From the NCBI GenBank assembly GCA_963736855.1, contig CAVTQK010000008.1, positions 1 through 64,000 on the forward strand: a stretch of 64,000 bases of DNA. Reading direction: 5' to 3'. The notes under the pieces are model-generated. The model saw nothing but the letters and a program-made list of their open reading frames with translations, was not told the origin of the DNA and searched no databases. The position numbers and the translations under genes are program-made. Source of the DNA: an uncultured delta proteobacterium (GTDB lineage: Bacteria > Desulfobacterota > Desulfobacteria > Desulfobacterales > UBA2156). The stretch's first letter is position 1, and the number at the start of each line of letters is the position of its first letter. Below, one piece after another: positions 48,828 through 59,512 of the stretch.

Positions 48828-51176
48828 TCAGAGAACCTTTTTTACCTTATCCAATACTTTGCGAACCGTTTGAGCCAATTCCATTTTCACGATCGGCTTC
48901 ATTAACAATGCTTTTATTCCAAAATTACTCGCTCTTTCTTCCGATACTTTTTTGCTGAATCCGGTACACAAAATTAGAGGGACATCGGGTCTGATTTTAT
49001 GGAGTTCAACGGCAAGTAAATCCCCGGTCATCTTTGGCATGTTCATATCCGTGATTACCAGGTCAAAACGTTTAGGATCCGATTTAAACAACTCCAATGC
49101 TTCTATAGGGTTTGTTACAACGGTTACATGATATCCCAGTGACATCAAAATTTTTTCACCTATTTCGGCAATGGGATTTTCATCATCAATGAACAGTATC
49201 CTCTCATCTCCGGTTGGCGCCACTTTTTCTGCGGATGTTGGGGTAATCGCATTTGCTTTGCGCTCTAAAACCGGAATATAGACGTCAAATATGCTTCCAC
49301 TGCCCAACTTGCTGCTTACTGTAATCAAACCTTTTAATTCATCAACAATTCCTTTTACCAACGATAACCCTAAACCGGTTCCTTCACCTATTCTTTTGGT
49401 GGTAAAATATGGATCAAATATTTTTCCAAGGAAATCAGGTCTAATCCCGTATCCGGTATCCTCAACATGCAATTGCATATAGTTCCCGGGAATGATTGTT
49501 GGATGATTATCGGTAAAATTCATGTTTAAAATGACTTCTTTCAATCGAACAGTTAATAACCCCCCCCTGTCTTCCATGGCTTGTGCGGCGTTGGTGCAAA
49601 GATTCATGACCACCTGATGAATTTGAGTCGCATCAGCTAAAACATTACCATCACTTTCGATAATTTCTCTGATTTCGATATTGCTGGGTATGGAAGCCAT
49701 CATTAGTTTCAGTGCTTCTTTTAAAATTAGCTTTACCCGAATCGGTTTTATTTCTGTCTCTTTTTGTCGGGCAAACGTAATGATCTGCTTGACTAATTCC
49801 GTCGCCCGACCGCTTGCGGCCAGTACTTCTTGAATATTTCCATATGCATCATCACTTTTTGGGGTGGTCATAAGTGCAAGTTCGGAATAGCCGACAATGG
49901 CTGAAAGGATATTGTTAAAGTCATGGGCAATGCCGCCTGCCAGTATGCCAATCGCTTCCATTTTCTGCGCTTGTAGCATCCGACGATTCAGTTCGATTCG
50001 TTGGTTTTCCATTTCTTTGCTGGAGGTGATATCCGTGGCCACTTGAAGTCTGACGGTACGACCGTCGACCCATTGAATTGCTCGGTCGCAGTTGATGTAC
50101 CACCTTCCTGTGATCGGATTCTGGTCTTCCCACGTCACCGATCCTTTTGGCATGCCCTGTTCATTGATGATTCGAGGATTGGTGCAGAAGGAACAAGGCA
50201 CGGTCTGGTTACGAAATGCCCGATAGCAGATCTGACCTGTCAGGTTTGAACCAAAAGAATCCTTCATGCTCTTATTCATGAAAAGAATTTCATGGGTATT
50301 TATATCTGCCGCGTAAACGTTGGAATCGATGCCTTCTAAAATGATCAGCAATCGCTCATTGGACTCTTTAAGCGCCTTTTGCGCGCTCATGCGCTCTGTA
50401 ATATCCCTTATCAAGCTGATAAAACCAATGACATTCCCGGCGCCATCTTTTAAATAGTGTACGCTTGTTTCTCCTGAAAAAATTTCTCCTTGTTTTTTCT
50501 TGAAATTGATTATTTTTAGAAAATTATCCTTGTCCAAATGGTCCTTTAATTCGTTTCGCAGTTCGTTATATTCTTCCTCATTACCGAAAATATAAACGGT
50601 TTTTTCACCTTTAAAATCCTCTATTGTATAGCCGAACAATGAAGTAAACGCCGGATTTAAGTCGATAATAGTCCAATCGGTATTCGTGACCATGATCGCA
50701 TCTCTGATGCTATTGAATAATCCTTTGTATTTTTCATGGCTTTGTCGAAGCTCATTTTCCACTATTTTGCGCTCGGTGATGTCTCGGATGTTGCATTGGA
50801 TCACCCTATGGCTATTGACTTCATAGATATTGCTAACGAACTCTACTTCGACTTGATGCCCGTCTTTGGTCTTAAGCGGTAGATTTTCGTAACGAATATA
50901 TTTGTCCTTTTGTAACTTCTTGAAGGCGAGTTTGTTTGCCGTGATATCTCTGAATAAACCGATCTCCCAAAGCTCCTTGCCTATAAATTCATCATGAGAA
51001 TAACCCAACATATTCATCAAAAATGGATTGACATCAATGATCTTCCAGGTGTTGGCATCCAAGATTAATATTCCATCCTTGGCGGTTTCAAAAAGTCTTC
51101 GATAACGAGCCTCGGATGCCTTTATTTCATCATCTGTCTTTACGCCGGAAATATTATCGGCTTGGGTTTTTTCCAT
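48828..51176 (-). CDS. Multi-PAS hybrid histidine kinase
   Basis: AHDFNNIL; HATPase; REC. Confidence 0.92.
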   Translation of the reverse strand: MEKTQADNISGVKTDDEIKASEARYRRLFETAKDGILILDANTWKIIDVNPFLMNMLGYSHDEFIGKELWEIGLFRDITANKLAFKKLQKDKYIRYENLPLKTKDGHQVEVEFVSNIYEVNSHRVIQCNIRDITERKIVENELRQSHEKYKGLFNSIRDAIMVTNTDWTIIDLNPAFTSLFGYTIEDFKGEKTVYIFGNEEEYNELRNELKDHLDKDNFLKIINFKKKQGEIFSGETSVHYLKDGAGNVIGFISLIRDITERMSAQKALKESNERLLIILEGIDSNVYAADINTHEILFMNKSMKDSFGSNLTGQICYRAFRNQTVPCSFCTNPRIINEQGMPKGSVTWEDQNPITGRWYINCDRAIQWVDGRTVRLQVATDITSSKEMENQRIELNRRMLQAQKMEAIGILAGGIAHDFNNILSAIVGYSELALMTTPKSDDAYGNIQEVLAASGRATELVKQIITFARQKETEIKPIRVKLILKEALKLMMASIPSNIEIREIIESDGNVLADATQIHQVVMNLCTNAAQAMEDRGGLLTVRLKEVILNMNFTDNHPTIIPGNYMQLHVEDTGYGIRPDFLGKIFDPYFTTKRIGEGTGLGLSLVKGIVDELKGLITVSSKLGSGSIFDVYIPVLERKANAITPTSAEKVAPTGDERILFIDDENPIAEIGEKILMSLGYHVTVVTNPIEALELFKSDPKRFDLVITDMNMPKMTGDLLAVELHKIRPDVPLILCTGFSKKVSEERASNFGIKALLMKPIVKMELAQTVRKVLDKVKKVL

Positions 51177-51925
51177 CTCAACCTCCTTGGATAATCCATC
51201 TTTTCAAAATTGATAAAACAGATCCAATCCAGTTCTTTAGAAGAAGAGAGGCACTTTACTCTATCTTTTTCCCTCCGGTGAGATAACTTTCTGGGGATGT
51301 CCTTAAGTTAACAGCATTTTGAGTTCAGATAGGGAGACATTTTTATTACACCAGAAGGAAATCAAATCCATTCGATTCCCAAGTAAGGCATCCGGTACCA
51401 TCGACAATATGTCCGGTTCGAATCACACATCCTTTTTTGAGATTGTGTGAATTTACTCGATTTTATTAACATACATAAACTAAAATGTCAATATTTTACT
51501 CCATTTTCTATGATTTTAAAATAGTATAATTTTATACCCACTATCTTCTATCCGTTCTTAAACTGATCCCAAATCATTAAAAAGAACCTTTAGAATAGCC
51601 CTCTTCAATGCAGAAACAAAATTCAACCGAAACAAGACAAGGGAAAACTTGAATACGGAATTCTTTACGATGGATGTTTATTAATTCTATTTTATTCTAC
51701 CCAAAAGTTCTTCATAAATTCCCGCCAAACGCACCCAGAGCCACGTAGACAGGCTTTTTTCTTTCCTTTCACCCTTTCCTCCCTTCGTCAAGCAAATCCC
51801 TTATCCTGGTCATCCTAAAAGTTTTCCTCCCCCGCGTGTAATCGCCACCCCTATCTTTGAGCCGGTTCATTCTTTTTCTTCAAATTTTTATACTCCCCCA
51901 CCGTCAGAAAGGAGGTGATTCATCC

Positions 51926-52144
51926 ATGGCTTACACACCGGAACTTTCCATGGAATCCAGTTCAACCCTTCGTCGGATTGCCTGGGCACTCGGCATTCCG
52001 ATGACAAAAACTTTAGAGCGTATCTTTGAGCACCTGCCCAAGATTTTGGACAAAGCCAAGGTCTGTGAGGCGTGTCGAGACCCGTCCAAATTTGCGTCGT
52101 GCTCCTTTAACCATTCTGCAAAAGGAGGTGGTCACTCCGTTTAG
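51926..52144 (+). CDS. Small hypothetical protein (RHH-like, Cys-containing tail)
   Basis: RBS aaggaggtg; MAYTPELS..LRRIAWALGIPMT. Confidence 0.55.
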   Translation: MAYTPELSMESSSTLRRIAWALGIPMTKTLERIFEHLPKILDKAKVCEACRDPSKFASCSFNHSAKGGGHSV

Positions 52145-52195
52145 CCCCGTTTAAACAAAGACACTTGCGCGGTCGGCTGAAACGACATGTTCGCT

Positions 52196-52453
52196 TCAGC
52201 GATAAATATTTTTTCGGTGACCAACCGTCACAATCCATATAGTAAGTTCTTCATCCTGGATTGAATATACGATCCGATATCGTCCCTGTCGCAGACGGTA
52301 CCTTTCTTGTCCAGTCAGTTTTTCACAGCCCGGAGGACGAGGATTCCCCTCAAGGGCTTTGATGCGATTTAGGATTCTCTTCACATCCTTTTTCGGAATA
52401 TCGGAAAGATCCTTTTCCACTGATCTTCTGAAAAGAACCCTATATGCGTCCAT
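52196..52453 (-). CDS. RelE/ParE family toxin
   Basis: KL.G..YRLRQGRYRIVY..VGHRK. Confidence 0.9.
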   Translation of the reverse strand: MDAYRVLFRRSVEKDLSDIPKKDVKRILNRIKALEGNPRPPGCEKLTGQERYRLRQGRYRIVYSIQDEELTIWIVTVGHRKNIYR

Positions 52454-52691
52454 CTTTTTTGAGCCTCTTCACCATTTCATCATAGCTGAGCAGAGGTTCG
52501 TTCGCTCTTTCTTCGAACGCGGTGAGATCTTCGGCATCTTCGGCAAGAGCTTCTCTGACAGCCGAATTGACGAGATCGGAAATCGATCGTGATGTCTCTA
52601 AAGCCTTCATTTTAAGAGCCTTATGAACAACATGATCGAGATAAATCGTGGCGCGTTTAACAGTTGTTTCCATAATGTCACCTCCATTCAT
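52440..52691 (-). CDS. CopG/RHH antitoxin
   Basis: KRATIYLD..SISDLVN; overlaps the toxin; minus-strand promoter TTGACG-17-TATAAT at 52701-52729 containing taacgt repeats. Confidence 0.85.
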   Translation of the reverse strand: MNGGDIMETTVKRATIYLDHVVHKALKMKALETSRSISDLVNSAVREALAEDAEDLTAFEERANEPLLSYDEMVKRLKKDGRI

Positions 52692-52890
52692 TTTGGGGAC
52701 ATTATAACGTTATAACGTATAAACGTCAAGACGTTTTTTAGGAAGCGAACATATATTATCCAGACGCATCTATTTTTTTACTATCAGCAGGTGGTTTTCA
52801 TCTTTAACAACAAAATCAGTATGTTCCATTATCAGAAAGTGGGTTTTATGTCAAACTATCTTACTTGCATAAGAAAAAGGAGGTTCTTCA

Positions 52891-53040
52891 ATGGACTTTT
52901 TAGACGATGATTTCGAACTTGAGGGTTATGTCATCATCGTCGGCTTAATCGGTGCTGTCGAGGAAGAACTGGAGGAGGAACGAAAGAAAAAAAGGTCAGA
53001 GGATTACCCTCGGGATGATAATGAAAATGATGACAAATAG
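52891..53040 (+). CDS. 49-aa acidic hypothetical protein
   Basis: RBS aaggagg; MDFLDDDFELEG... Confidence 0.4.
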   Translation: MDFLDDDFELEGYVIIVGLIGAVEEELEEERKKKRSEDYPRDDNENDDK

Positions 53041-53145
53041 GAAGACTGATCTCAAAAAGGATATGATCGACCGTATCACTTCTTAATCAGAAGCGCAATT
53101 GGTTTTGGATATGAGGAAGCGGTTTTGAAAAAGAAGTGCAAAAAG

Positions 53146-53293
53146 CGGTGGTGTCCCTTTAACCGTTGATAAATACCAATAATTATTTAAATGTCAGCTT
53201 GCAAAATACATTGCATGAAATTTATCTTTCTTCTTGATAAACATATTATTTCAATAAGTTAAGACGGTTATCAACTATAGCAGGGACACTACC
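53146..53293. mobile_element. MITE (~148 bp) with a 7-bp target duplication
   Basis: ggtggtgtccct..gttgataa / ttatcaac..agggacactacc; flanks caaaaag on both sides. Confidence 0.65.
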
Positions 53294-53436
53294 CAAAAAG
53301 AGGAGACGCTTGAAATGAAAAACAAGACTTACCCAGGAAGGCCATCTGGTCCTATGTACATACTTAACTTCTTGACAAATTTATAAGAGACCGTTATCGA
53401 AAAAATAACCTCACAGCCCAAGCTGAAAGTTTTGTC

Positions 53437-53727
53437 ATGCCCAAGACGTTCACCAAAATGGACCTTGCCGGCGTCATCCAAAAACAAAACGCCCTTACCC
53501 TCCACAGATCTCAAGAACTTCTGGAAACCATCCTCGAAATCATTAAAGACGCTCTCGGAACAGGGGAGGAAGTGCTCATATCCGGATTTGGAAAGTTTCG
53601 TGTGAGACATAAATCCGAAAGGATGGGACGTAATCCTTCTACTGGCGATAAGATGCCTTTGGATCAAAGAAAGGTCGTCACATTCAAGTGCTCCGAGAAG
53701 CTCAAGGAAAAGATAAACCGAAGTTAA
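53437..53727 (+). CDS. ihfA: Integration host factor alpha-like subunit
   Basis: ISGFGKF; GRNPSTG; RKVVTF. Confidence 0.85.
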   Translation: MPKTFTKMDLAGVIQKQNALTLHRSQELLETILEIIKDALGTGEEVLISGFGKFRVRHKSERMGRNPSTGDKMPLDQRKVVTFKCSEKLKEKINRS

Positions 53728-53853
53728 TTTTTTCTCCAACGGAAGTAACCGATCGAGAATTGGCGTTAACCCGCTCTATCTGCAACGTCTGAAAAGCCGT
53801 TGAATTTAAAAGGGAGTTTTATTCTCTAAAAAAGTGCAACCTGCACTCATTAG

Positions 53854-55869
53854 GTGACCATCATGTCTGAAAAACCGTCCTATGAAGAATTGACAAAAAG
53901 AGTCCAAGAGTTAGAGCAGGCTGAACTCCAGCATAGACAAGTGGAGGAAAAACTGCGGGAGAGTGAGGAGTGGTTCCGCCAGGTGGTAGAGAATGTCCGC
54001 GAGGTTTTCTGGCTTCGAGACCGCCATAACGGCCGTATTCTCTATATCAGTCCGGCGTGTGAAACCATCTGGAATCGGACCGTTGAGGAGATGTATCGGA
54101 AAGGGCCGTCATTCATGGAGAACGTTTATCCCGAGGATGAGGAGCGGGTCTCTGTTTCCCGCAGAGCTTTGTATGAAGAAAATCAACCGTTCGATGAAGA
54201 GTATCGCATGATGCGGCCCGATTACTCGATTCGATGGGTGCGGATGCGGTGCTATCCGGTGTTTAACCAAAATGGAGAGGTGAACAGATACGCTTTCGTC
54301 GTGGAGGACATCACCGAGCGCAAGAAGGCGGAAGGGGCGCTTCAACAAAGCAAGAGAAGCTTCGAGGCGCTTGCTGAAAACGCGAATGACGGCATTATCG
54401 TTGCTGGGAACAATGGGGATTTTCTTTATGCCAACAGAAATGCCTCCGAGATAACGGGTTATAGCGTCGATGAGTTGTGCAAGATCGGTACAAAGGAGCT
54501 TGCCCATCCCAATGAGGTTCCAAGATTGATCGAGAATCTCAAAAGGAGACTTGAAGGCGAGGATGTCCCCAAACAGTATGAGACGGCAATTGTTCACAAA
54601 CAGGGGAAGGTGGTTCCGGTTGAAATCACGGCGGCAAAGACTTCATGGCATGGATACGCGGCAGATTTAATTGTCTTGCGGGACATTGCCGAGCGGAAGC
54701 GAGCGGAAGAGGAGCGAGAAAAATTACATGATCAGCTATTCCAGGCCCAGAAGATGGAGTCAGTGGGAAGACTGGCAGGCGGGGTGGCGCATGATTTCAA
54801 CAACATGCTGGGAGTCATTTTGGGTCGAGCCGAGATGATTCTCATTGGGATGCAACCCGAGGACCCCTTCTATGCAGATCTGAAGGAGATTCAAAAGGCG
54901 GGTAAGCGTTCGGCGGATCTGACGCGCCAGCTTCTGGCCTTTGCCCGGAAGCAGACCATTGCTCCCAAGGTGTTGAACCTCAACGACACCGTGGAAGGGA
55001 TGCTCAAGATGCTCCGACGGCTCATTGGCGAGGACATCAATTTGCTATGGAAACCGGATGCTCATTTATGGCCAGTGAAGATGGATGCCGCCCAGGTGGA
55101 CCAAATTTTGGCCAATCTTTGTGTGAATGCCAGGGGCGCCATTGCCGGAACAGGCAACATTGCCATTGAGACAGAGAATGTGGTTCTCGACGAGGCCTTT
55201 TGTGCTGCCCATGAGGGGTTCATCCCCGGAGAATATGTCATGTTGTCGGTCAGCGATGACGGGTGCGGCATGGATGAAGCCACCCAGGCCCAGATCTTCG
55301 AGCCCTTTTTTACAACCAAGGGAGTCGGTGAAGGCACCGGCTTGGGCTTGGCCACCGTTTACGGCATTGTCAAGCAGAACAACAGCTTTATCGATTTCCA
55401 TAGTGAGGTCGGAAAAGGAACCACTTTCAAGATTTATATTCCGCGGCATGAGGGGGCAACCGTCAAGGAGACAACTTCGGATTCAACCAAAACCCTCAAA
55501 GGTCACGGTGAAACGATCCTGTTGGTGGAAGATGACCCGTCGATATTGAATATGGGCAAAACCATGCTGGAACGATTGGGATATACTGTTTTAGCAGCAG
55601 AAGATTCGAGTCAAGTTCTGAATCTGGCCAAAGAGCACAAAGGTCAAATCCATCTGTTGATGACTGATGTGGTAATGCCGAAGATGAGCGGAAAAGACTT
55701 AGCCCAGCAGATAGGAACCCTGAATCCTGAAATCAAGGTTCTTTTCATGTCCGGCTACACCGCCAATGTTATTGCACACCAGGGGATCCTGGACGAGGAA
55801 GTGCCCTTCATACAGAAACCGTTTTCCATGAAGGATCTGGCCACCAAGGTGCGGGAAGCCCTGGAATGA
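53854..55869 (+). CDS. PAS-PAS hybrid histidine kinase
   Basis: AHDFNNML; HATPase; REC. Confidence 0.92.
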   Translation: MTIMSEKPSYEELTKRVQELEQAELQHRQVEEKLRESEEWFRQVVENVREVFWLRDRHNGRILYISPACETIWNRTVEEMYRKGPSFMENVYPEDEERVSVSRRALYEENQPFDEEYRMMRPDYSIRWVRMRCYPVFNQNGEVNRYAFVVEDITERKKAEGALQQSKRSFEALAENANDGIIVAGNNGDFLYANRNASEITGYSVDELCKIGTKELAHPNEVPRLIENLKRRLEGEDVPKQYETAIVHKQGKVVPVEITAAKTSWHGYAADLIVLRDIAERKRAEEEREKLHDQLFQAQKMESVGRLAGGVAHDFNNMLGVILGRAEMILIGMQPEDPFYADLKEIQKAGKRSADLTRQLLAFARKQTIAPKVLNLNDTVEGMLKMLRRLIGEDINLLWKPDAHLWPVKMDAAQVDQILANLCVNARGAIAGTGNIAIETENVVLDEAFCAAHEGFIPGEYVMLSVSDDGCGMDEATQAQIFEPFFTTKGVGEGTGLGLATVYGIVKQNNSFIDFHSEVGKGTTFKIYIPRHEGATVKETTSDSTKTLKGHGETILLVEDDPSILNMGKTMLERLGYTVLAAEDSSQVLNLAKEHKGQIHLLMTDVVMPKMSGKDLAQQIGTLNPEIKVLFMSGYTANVIAHQGILDEEVPFIQKPFSMKDLATKVREALE

Positions 55870-55959
55870 CGACTAAACGAAAATCTTATCAACAAATGCC
55901 AGAAAGTCCCCTTATCCAGTCGGGCGTTATCTCCGCTATGCCCTTTTCCAATTGGTCAT

Positions 55960-56190
55960 TCAGGCCGCTAACTGTGCTTCTATAAATGTCCCCAACTCTT
56001 TGGCAGAATCAGTAACCGACGGCAAAGCCAGAGATATGGTTTTAAGGACCGCAGTACCAACCGTAGAAACGAAATGGCCACGGGCCCAGAAATGCATCCC
56101 CTGGAAATTCTGTTTCTTGCCTAAATAGGTGTGGGCTATGTGGATGGCGCTTTTCCCTTTGATGTACCCAACCAGCTGAGATACGGCAAG
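55960..56190 (-). mobile_element. IS200/IS605 TnpA fragment
   Basis: VSQLVGYIKGKSAIHIA..FWARGHFVSTVG. Confidence 0.8.
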
Positions 56191-56194
56191 GAAA

Positions 56195-56469
56195 TTAGAC
56201 CAACTCTTAAGAAGTTGGGAATCAGCACACCCATTTCTATCAAGGATACGCGGGCTTCCTCTATCACAAATGCGTTGGACGAGAATGAACAGATGAGTTT
56301 TATTCAGAACCAAGTCGGGCATACCACGGCAAGGATGATTGTGGACCATTATTATCGCTATTCCCCCGCCCCGGATGATGGCTCTCACTTGGAAAAAGCA
56401 TGGAATTCTACCAGGATTCTACCAGAGTCGGATGAATCGGATTTTGAACTATCTGAAAAGATTGGATAA
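56195..56469 (+). pseudogene. Tyrosine integrase C-terminal remnant
   Basis: KDTR..QVGH..HY catalytic-region pattern, directly adjacent to the att site. Confidence 0.7.
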
Positions 56470-56472
56470 TAA

Positions 56473-56826
56473 TGGTGGAGGCGGCGGGAGTCGAACCCGC
56501 GTCCGGAAACATTCCACGTCAACGTCTACATACATAGCCTGAACTTCGTGTTTCGCCTTTTCAGGTTTCTATCAGGCAAGATGGCTGAAAGGCTATCCTG
56601 AAAATGTTTCGCTAATCCCGTATCAGGAAAATGGGATCGGCTATCCTGCTGATCGACGCCCTATCCGGATTCGCAGGCCTCATCCGGGAGGACGCTGGCC
56701 GCTAGGCAGCCAGGGCGTAGTTATAATCGTCTGCGATTATATTTAGTTCCCGTCTTTTTAACGAGCCGACAGGCGCTCGGTATGCAGTCAACGTTTCTTT
56801 ATCCCCGTCGAAGCCGTTTCGCCCCC
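56473..56826 (-). ncRNA. ssrA: tmRNA; tag ADDYNYALAA (56702-56734)
   Basis: 5' GGGGGCG..TTCGAC; 3' T-arm plus CTCCACCA; tag ORF; next to smpB. Confidence 0.97.
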
Positions 56827-56941
56827 TTAAAGGAAGGCGCAGACGATATGACAAAGAACATTTTCTATGTCTGTAACATAATAAACTCAGAGGAAAATGT
56901 CAAGGGGGAATACATAAAAAAACGAGGGCATGAAATCCGTT

Positions 56942-57418
56942 TTAGTATCCCTTTTTGCTCCGTTCCAAGTCCCGCTGTTCATCCCGTCGCCGGATGGCTT
57001 CCCGTTTATCGTATTTCTTCTTTCCTTTGGCAAGCCCCAGGGTGAGCTTGGCCTTCCCTTCCTTGAAATAGAGCTTCAGAGGGATCAGGGAAAACCCTTT
57101 TTCGTTTAACTTCCCGTAGAGGCGCTTGATCTCCTGTTTCTGGAGCAACAGTTTCCGGGGCCGCAACGCCTCATGGTTATCATAATAGGCAAAGGGGTAT
57201 GGACCGATGTGCATCTGGTAAACAAACACTTCTCCTTTTTTGATCCTGGCATAGGCGTCCTTGAGGTTGGCGCGCCCCATCCTGAGGGATTTCACCTCGG
57301 TACCTAAAAGAACCAGGCCAGCCTCGTATTCATCTTCAATGAAATAATCGAATCGGGCCTTTTTATTCTCAGCCACTAATTTGACGTGCGACGGTTTCAA
57401 GCGCTTTTTCCTCTGCAT
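56942..57418 (-). CDS. smpB: SsrA-binding protein
   Basis: NKKARFDY; GTEVKSLR; RKLLL; KGKKKYDKR. Confidence 0.97.
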   Translation of the reverse strand: MQRKKRLKPSHVKLVAENKKARFDYFIEDEYEAGLVLLGTEVKSLRMGRANLKDAYARIKKGEVFVYQMHIGPYPFAYYDNHEALRPRKLLLQKQEIKRLYGKLNEKGFSLIPLKLYFKEGKAKLTLGLAKGKKKYDKREAIRRRDEQRDLERSKKGY

Positions 57419-59223
57419 TTTGCTTTACTCGGCAGGGTCTTGCTCTTGTCGGGGCCTTCCGCCAGGATCTCATTTTTCACAAGATCCCCATAGGCCTGAA
57501 GAACCCGGGAACGAACTCGTTCGGCGGTTGTTTCCTTTAAAAGCGCATTGACGAACGCCTGAGATTCCCTGAGATTGACCTGCCCGATCATATGCTTAAC
57601 CGCCGGAATGAACTGGGGGTTCATGCTGAACTCATCGATTCCTAGCCCTAAAAGCAAGGGGGCATGAAGGGGATCACCTGCCATTTCACCGCAGATGGCC
57701 ACCTTTTTCCCATCCGGTTTGGCCGAATCGGCGATTTGCTTGAGCATGCGGACGACGGCGGGATGTAACGGACGGAAAAGATGGGCCACCCTGGCATTCC
57801 CTCGGTCGATGGCAAAGGCATACTGAATCAGATCGTTGGTACCGATGGAAAAAAAATCCACCTCCTGAATCAAGACATCGGCCATAGTCACCGCCGCAGG
57901 AATTTCGATCAATAAACCGATCTCGATATTCCGTGCAAACGGCAATCCGTCTTTTTTAAGGGAATCCCCCGCCTGCTTCAGGATCTCTTTGGCGGCCAGC
58001 AATTCGTCTAAGCAGGATATCATCGGAAAGAGTATTTTTACATTCCCGATGTCTGCCACCCGGAGAATCGCTCTAAGCTGGGTTTTGAAAACTTCCGGAT
58101 ATTGCAAGCAAAATCGAATGGCCCGAAGGCCCAAGGCCGGATTTTTTTCAGCTTCAAACTGTCTGAAGGAAATCGTTTTTTCTCCGTTGATATCCAGAGT
58201 CCGGATGGTGGTGGGCCTGTCCCCCATCACTTCCACCACATCCTTATATTTCTCGTAAAGCTCCTCTTCGGTGGGAAAGTCGGACCGATTGAGGTATTGG
58301 AACTCCGTTCGGTATAGGCCGATTCCCTCTCCCCCATAATCCAGGACAGCCACCACCTCCTCGGTAAGTTCGATATTCCCCATCACGCGGACCGGATAGC
58401 CGTCGGTCGTTTTGGCTGATGCCTTGCTGTTCCGGATCAATTGAGCCTTCCGGGCTTCATACAGGTCTTTCTTCAACTTGTATTCGTGGAGGGTCTCTTG
58501 TCGTGGGTAGAGGATCACCTCCCCGGTGTACCCGTCTACGATCAAAGCATCTTCGTTTTTGATGATCTGGCTGGCCTTTTCCAAACCCAGGACCGATGGG
58601 ATCTGAAGCGACCGTGCGATGATGCTGGTGTGGGAAGCTTCCCCTCCGAAATCCGTGACGAACCCCTTGATGGATTCCAGTTGAATCTGGCTCGTTTCAG
58701 CCGGCGAAAGCTCCCGGGCAACCAGGATGACCCGCTTATCGATATTTGCCAGGTTCATCCCCTCCACTCCCACCAGGTTTCTCATGACCAATTGCCCGAC
58801 ATGAGCGATATCCGAGGCTCGTTCTCTGAGATACGGATCCTCCATCACTATAAAGACGGCCTGGGCATCGGAGACCACTTTCTTTAAAGCCCATTCTGCA
58901 TTGACATGCTCCTTTTCGATGACGGACAGGGTCTTCTCATAGAGCATCTTATCCTTCATCAAGAGGATATGAGTCTCCAGTATCTGGACATGTTGGCGAT
59001 AGTCTTTGGGTGAATTTTTGATGATGTCTTTTAGTTCTTCGATGGCATTTTGAACCGCATGCTTGAAACGGTTCATCTCTTTTTTAATATCTTTGGGATC
59101 GATGAAATAGCGCTCCACAACATCGACCCCCTCATGGTCCACCAGATACGCCCTGCCGATGCAAATTCCGGGAGATCCGGAAATGCCCTTGAGTCGAATT
59201 TCCTTTTTCTTGAATCCTGGCAT
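57397..59223 (-). CDS. ptsI: PTS enzyme I
   Basis: SHTSIIARS; GLYRTEF; NPALGLR; SIGTNDL; CGEMA. Confidence 0.95.
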   Translation of the reverse strand: MPGFKKKEIRLKGISGSPGICIGRAYLVDHEGVDVVERYFIDPKDIKKEMNRFKHAVQNAIEELKDIIKNSPKDYRQHVQILETHILLMKDKMLYEKTLSVIEKEHVNAEWALKKVVSDAQAVFIVMEDPYLRERASDIAHVGQLVMRNLVGVEGMNLANIDKRVILVARELSPAETSQIQLESIKGFVTDFGGEASHTSIIARSLQIPSVLGLEKASQIIKNEDALIVDGYTGEVILYPRQETLHEYKLKKDLYEARKAQLIRNSKASAKTTDGYPVRVMGNIELTEEVVAVLDYGGEGIGLYRTEFQYLNRSDFPTEEELYEKYKDVVEVMGDRPTTIRTLDINGEKTISFRQFEAEKNPALGLRAIRFCLQYPEVFKTQLRAILRVADIGNVKILFPMISCLDELLAAKEILKQAGDSLKKDGLPFARNIEIGLLIEIPAAVTMADVLIQEVDFFSIGTNDLIQYAFAIDRGNARVAHLFRPLHPAVVRMLKQIADSAKPDGKKVAICGEMAGDPLHAPLLLGLGIDEFSMNPQFIPAVKHMIGQVNLRESQAFVNALLKETTAERVRSRVLQAYGDLVKNEILAEGPDKSKTLPSKAKCRGKSA

Positions 59224-59230
59224 CGAAATA

Positions 59231-59512
59231 TTATTCTCCGAATCCGTTTTGTATCAACGTCACCAGTCGGATCAACACGTCCTTGTCAGAGGGATTTTCA
59301 ATGGAAATGGTGACCACAGAGCCTTTCTGACACGCGAGGGACAAAACGTCCATCACGTCCTTGGCATTAACCCCTTCATTTCCTTTGCGGATCCACACGC
59401 CGAATCTCGCATGCCGGGCCACTCTGGCGATGGAAGCGGCAGATCGGGCATGAAGCCCCGATTCGTTGACGATGATTACATCTTCTGAGCAACTGCCGAC
59501 AGAATCCCGCAT
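59231..59512 (-). CDS. ptsH: HPr phosphocarrier
   Basis: NESGLHARSA. Confidence 0.9.
   Translation of the reverse strand: MRDSVGSCSEDVIIVNESGLHARSAASIARVARHARFGVWIRKGNEGVNAKDVMDVLSLACQKGSVVTISIENPSDKDVLIRLVTLIQNGFGE

Larger units (their letters stand above)
46793..56495. mobile_element. Decayed genomic island integrated at the ssrA 3' end
   Basis: Direct repeats, integrase remnant next to ssrA, TA pair, extra IHF subunit. Confidence 0.85.
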
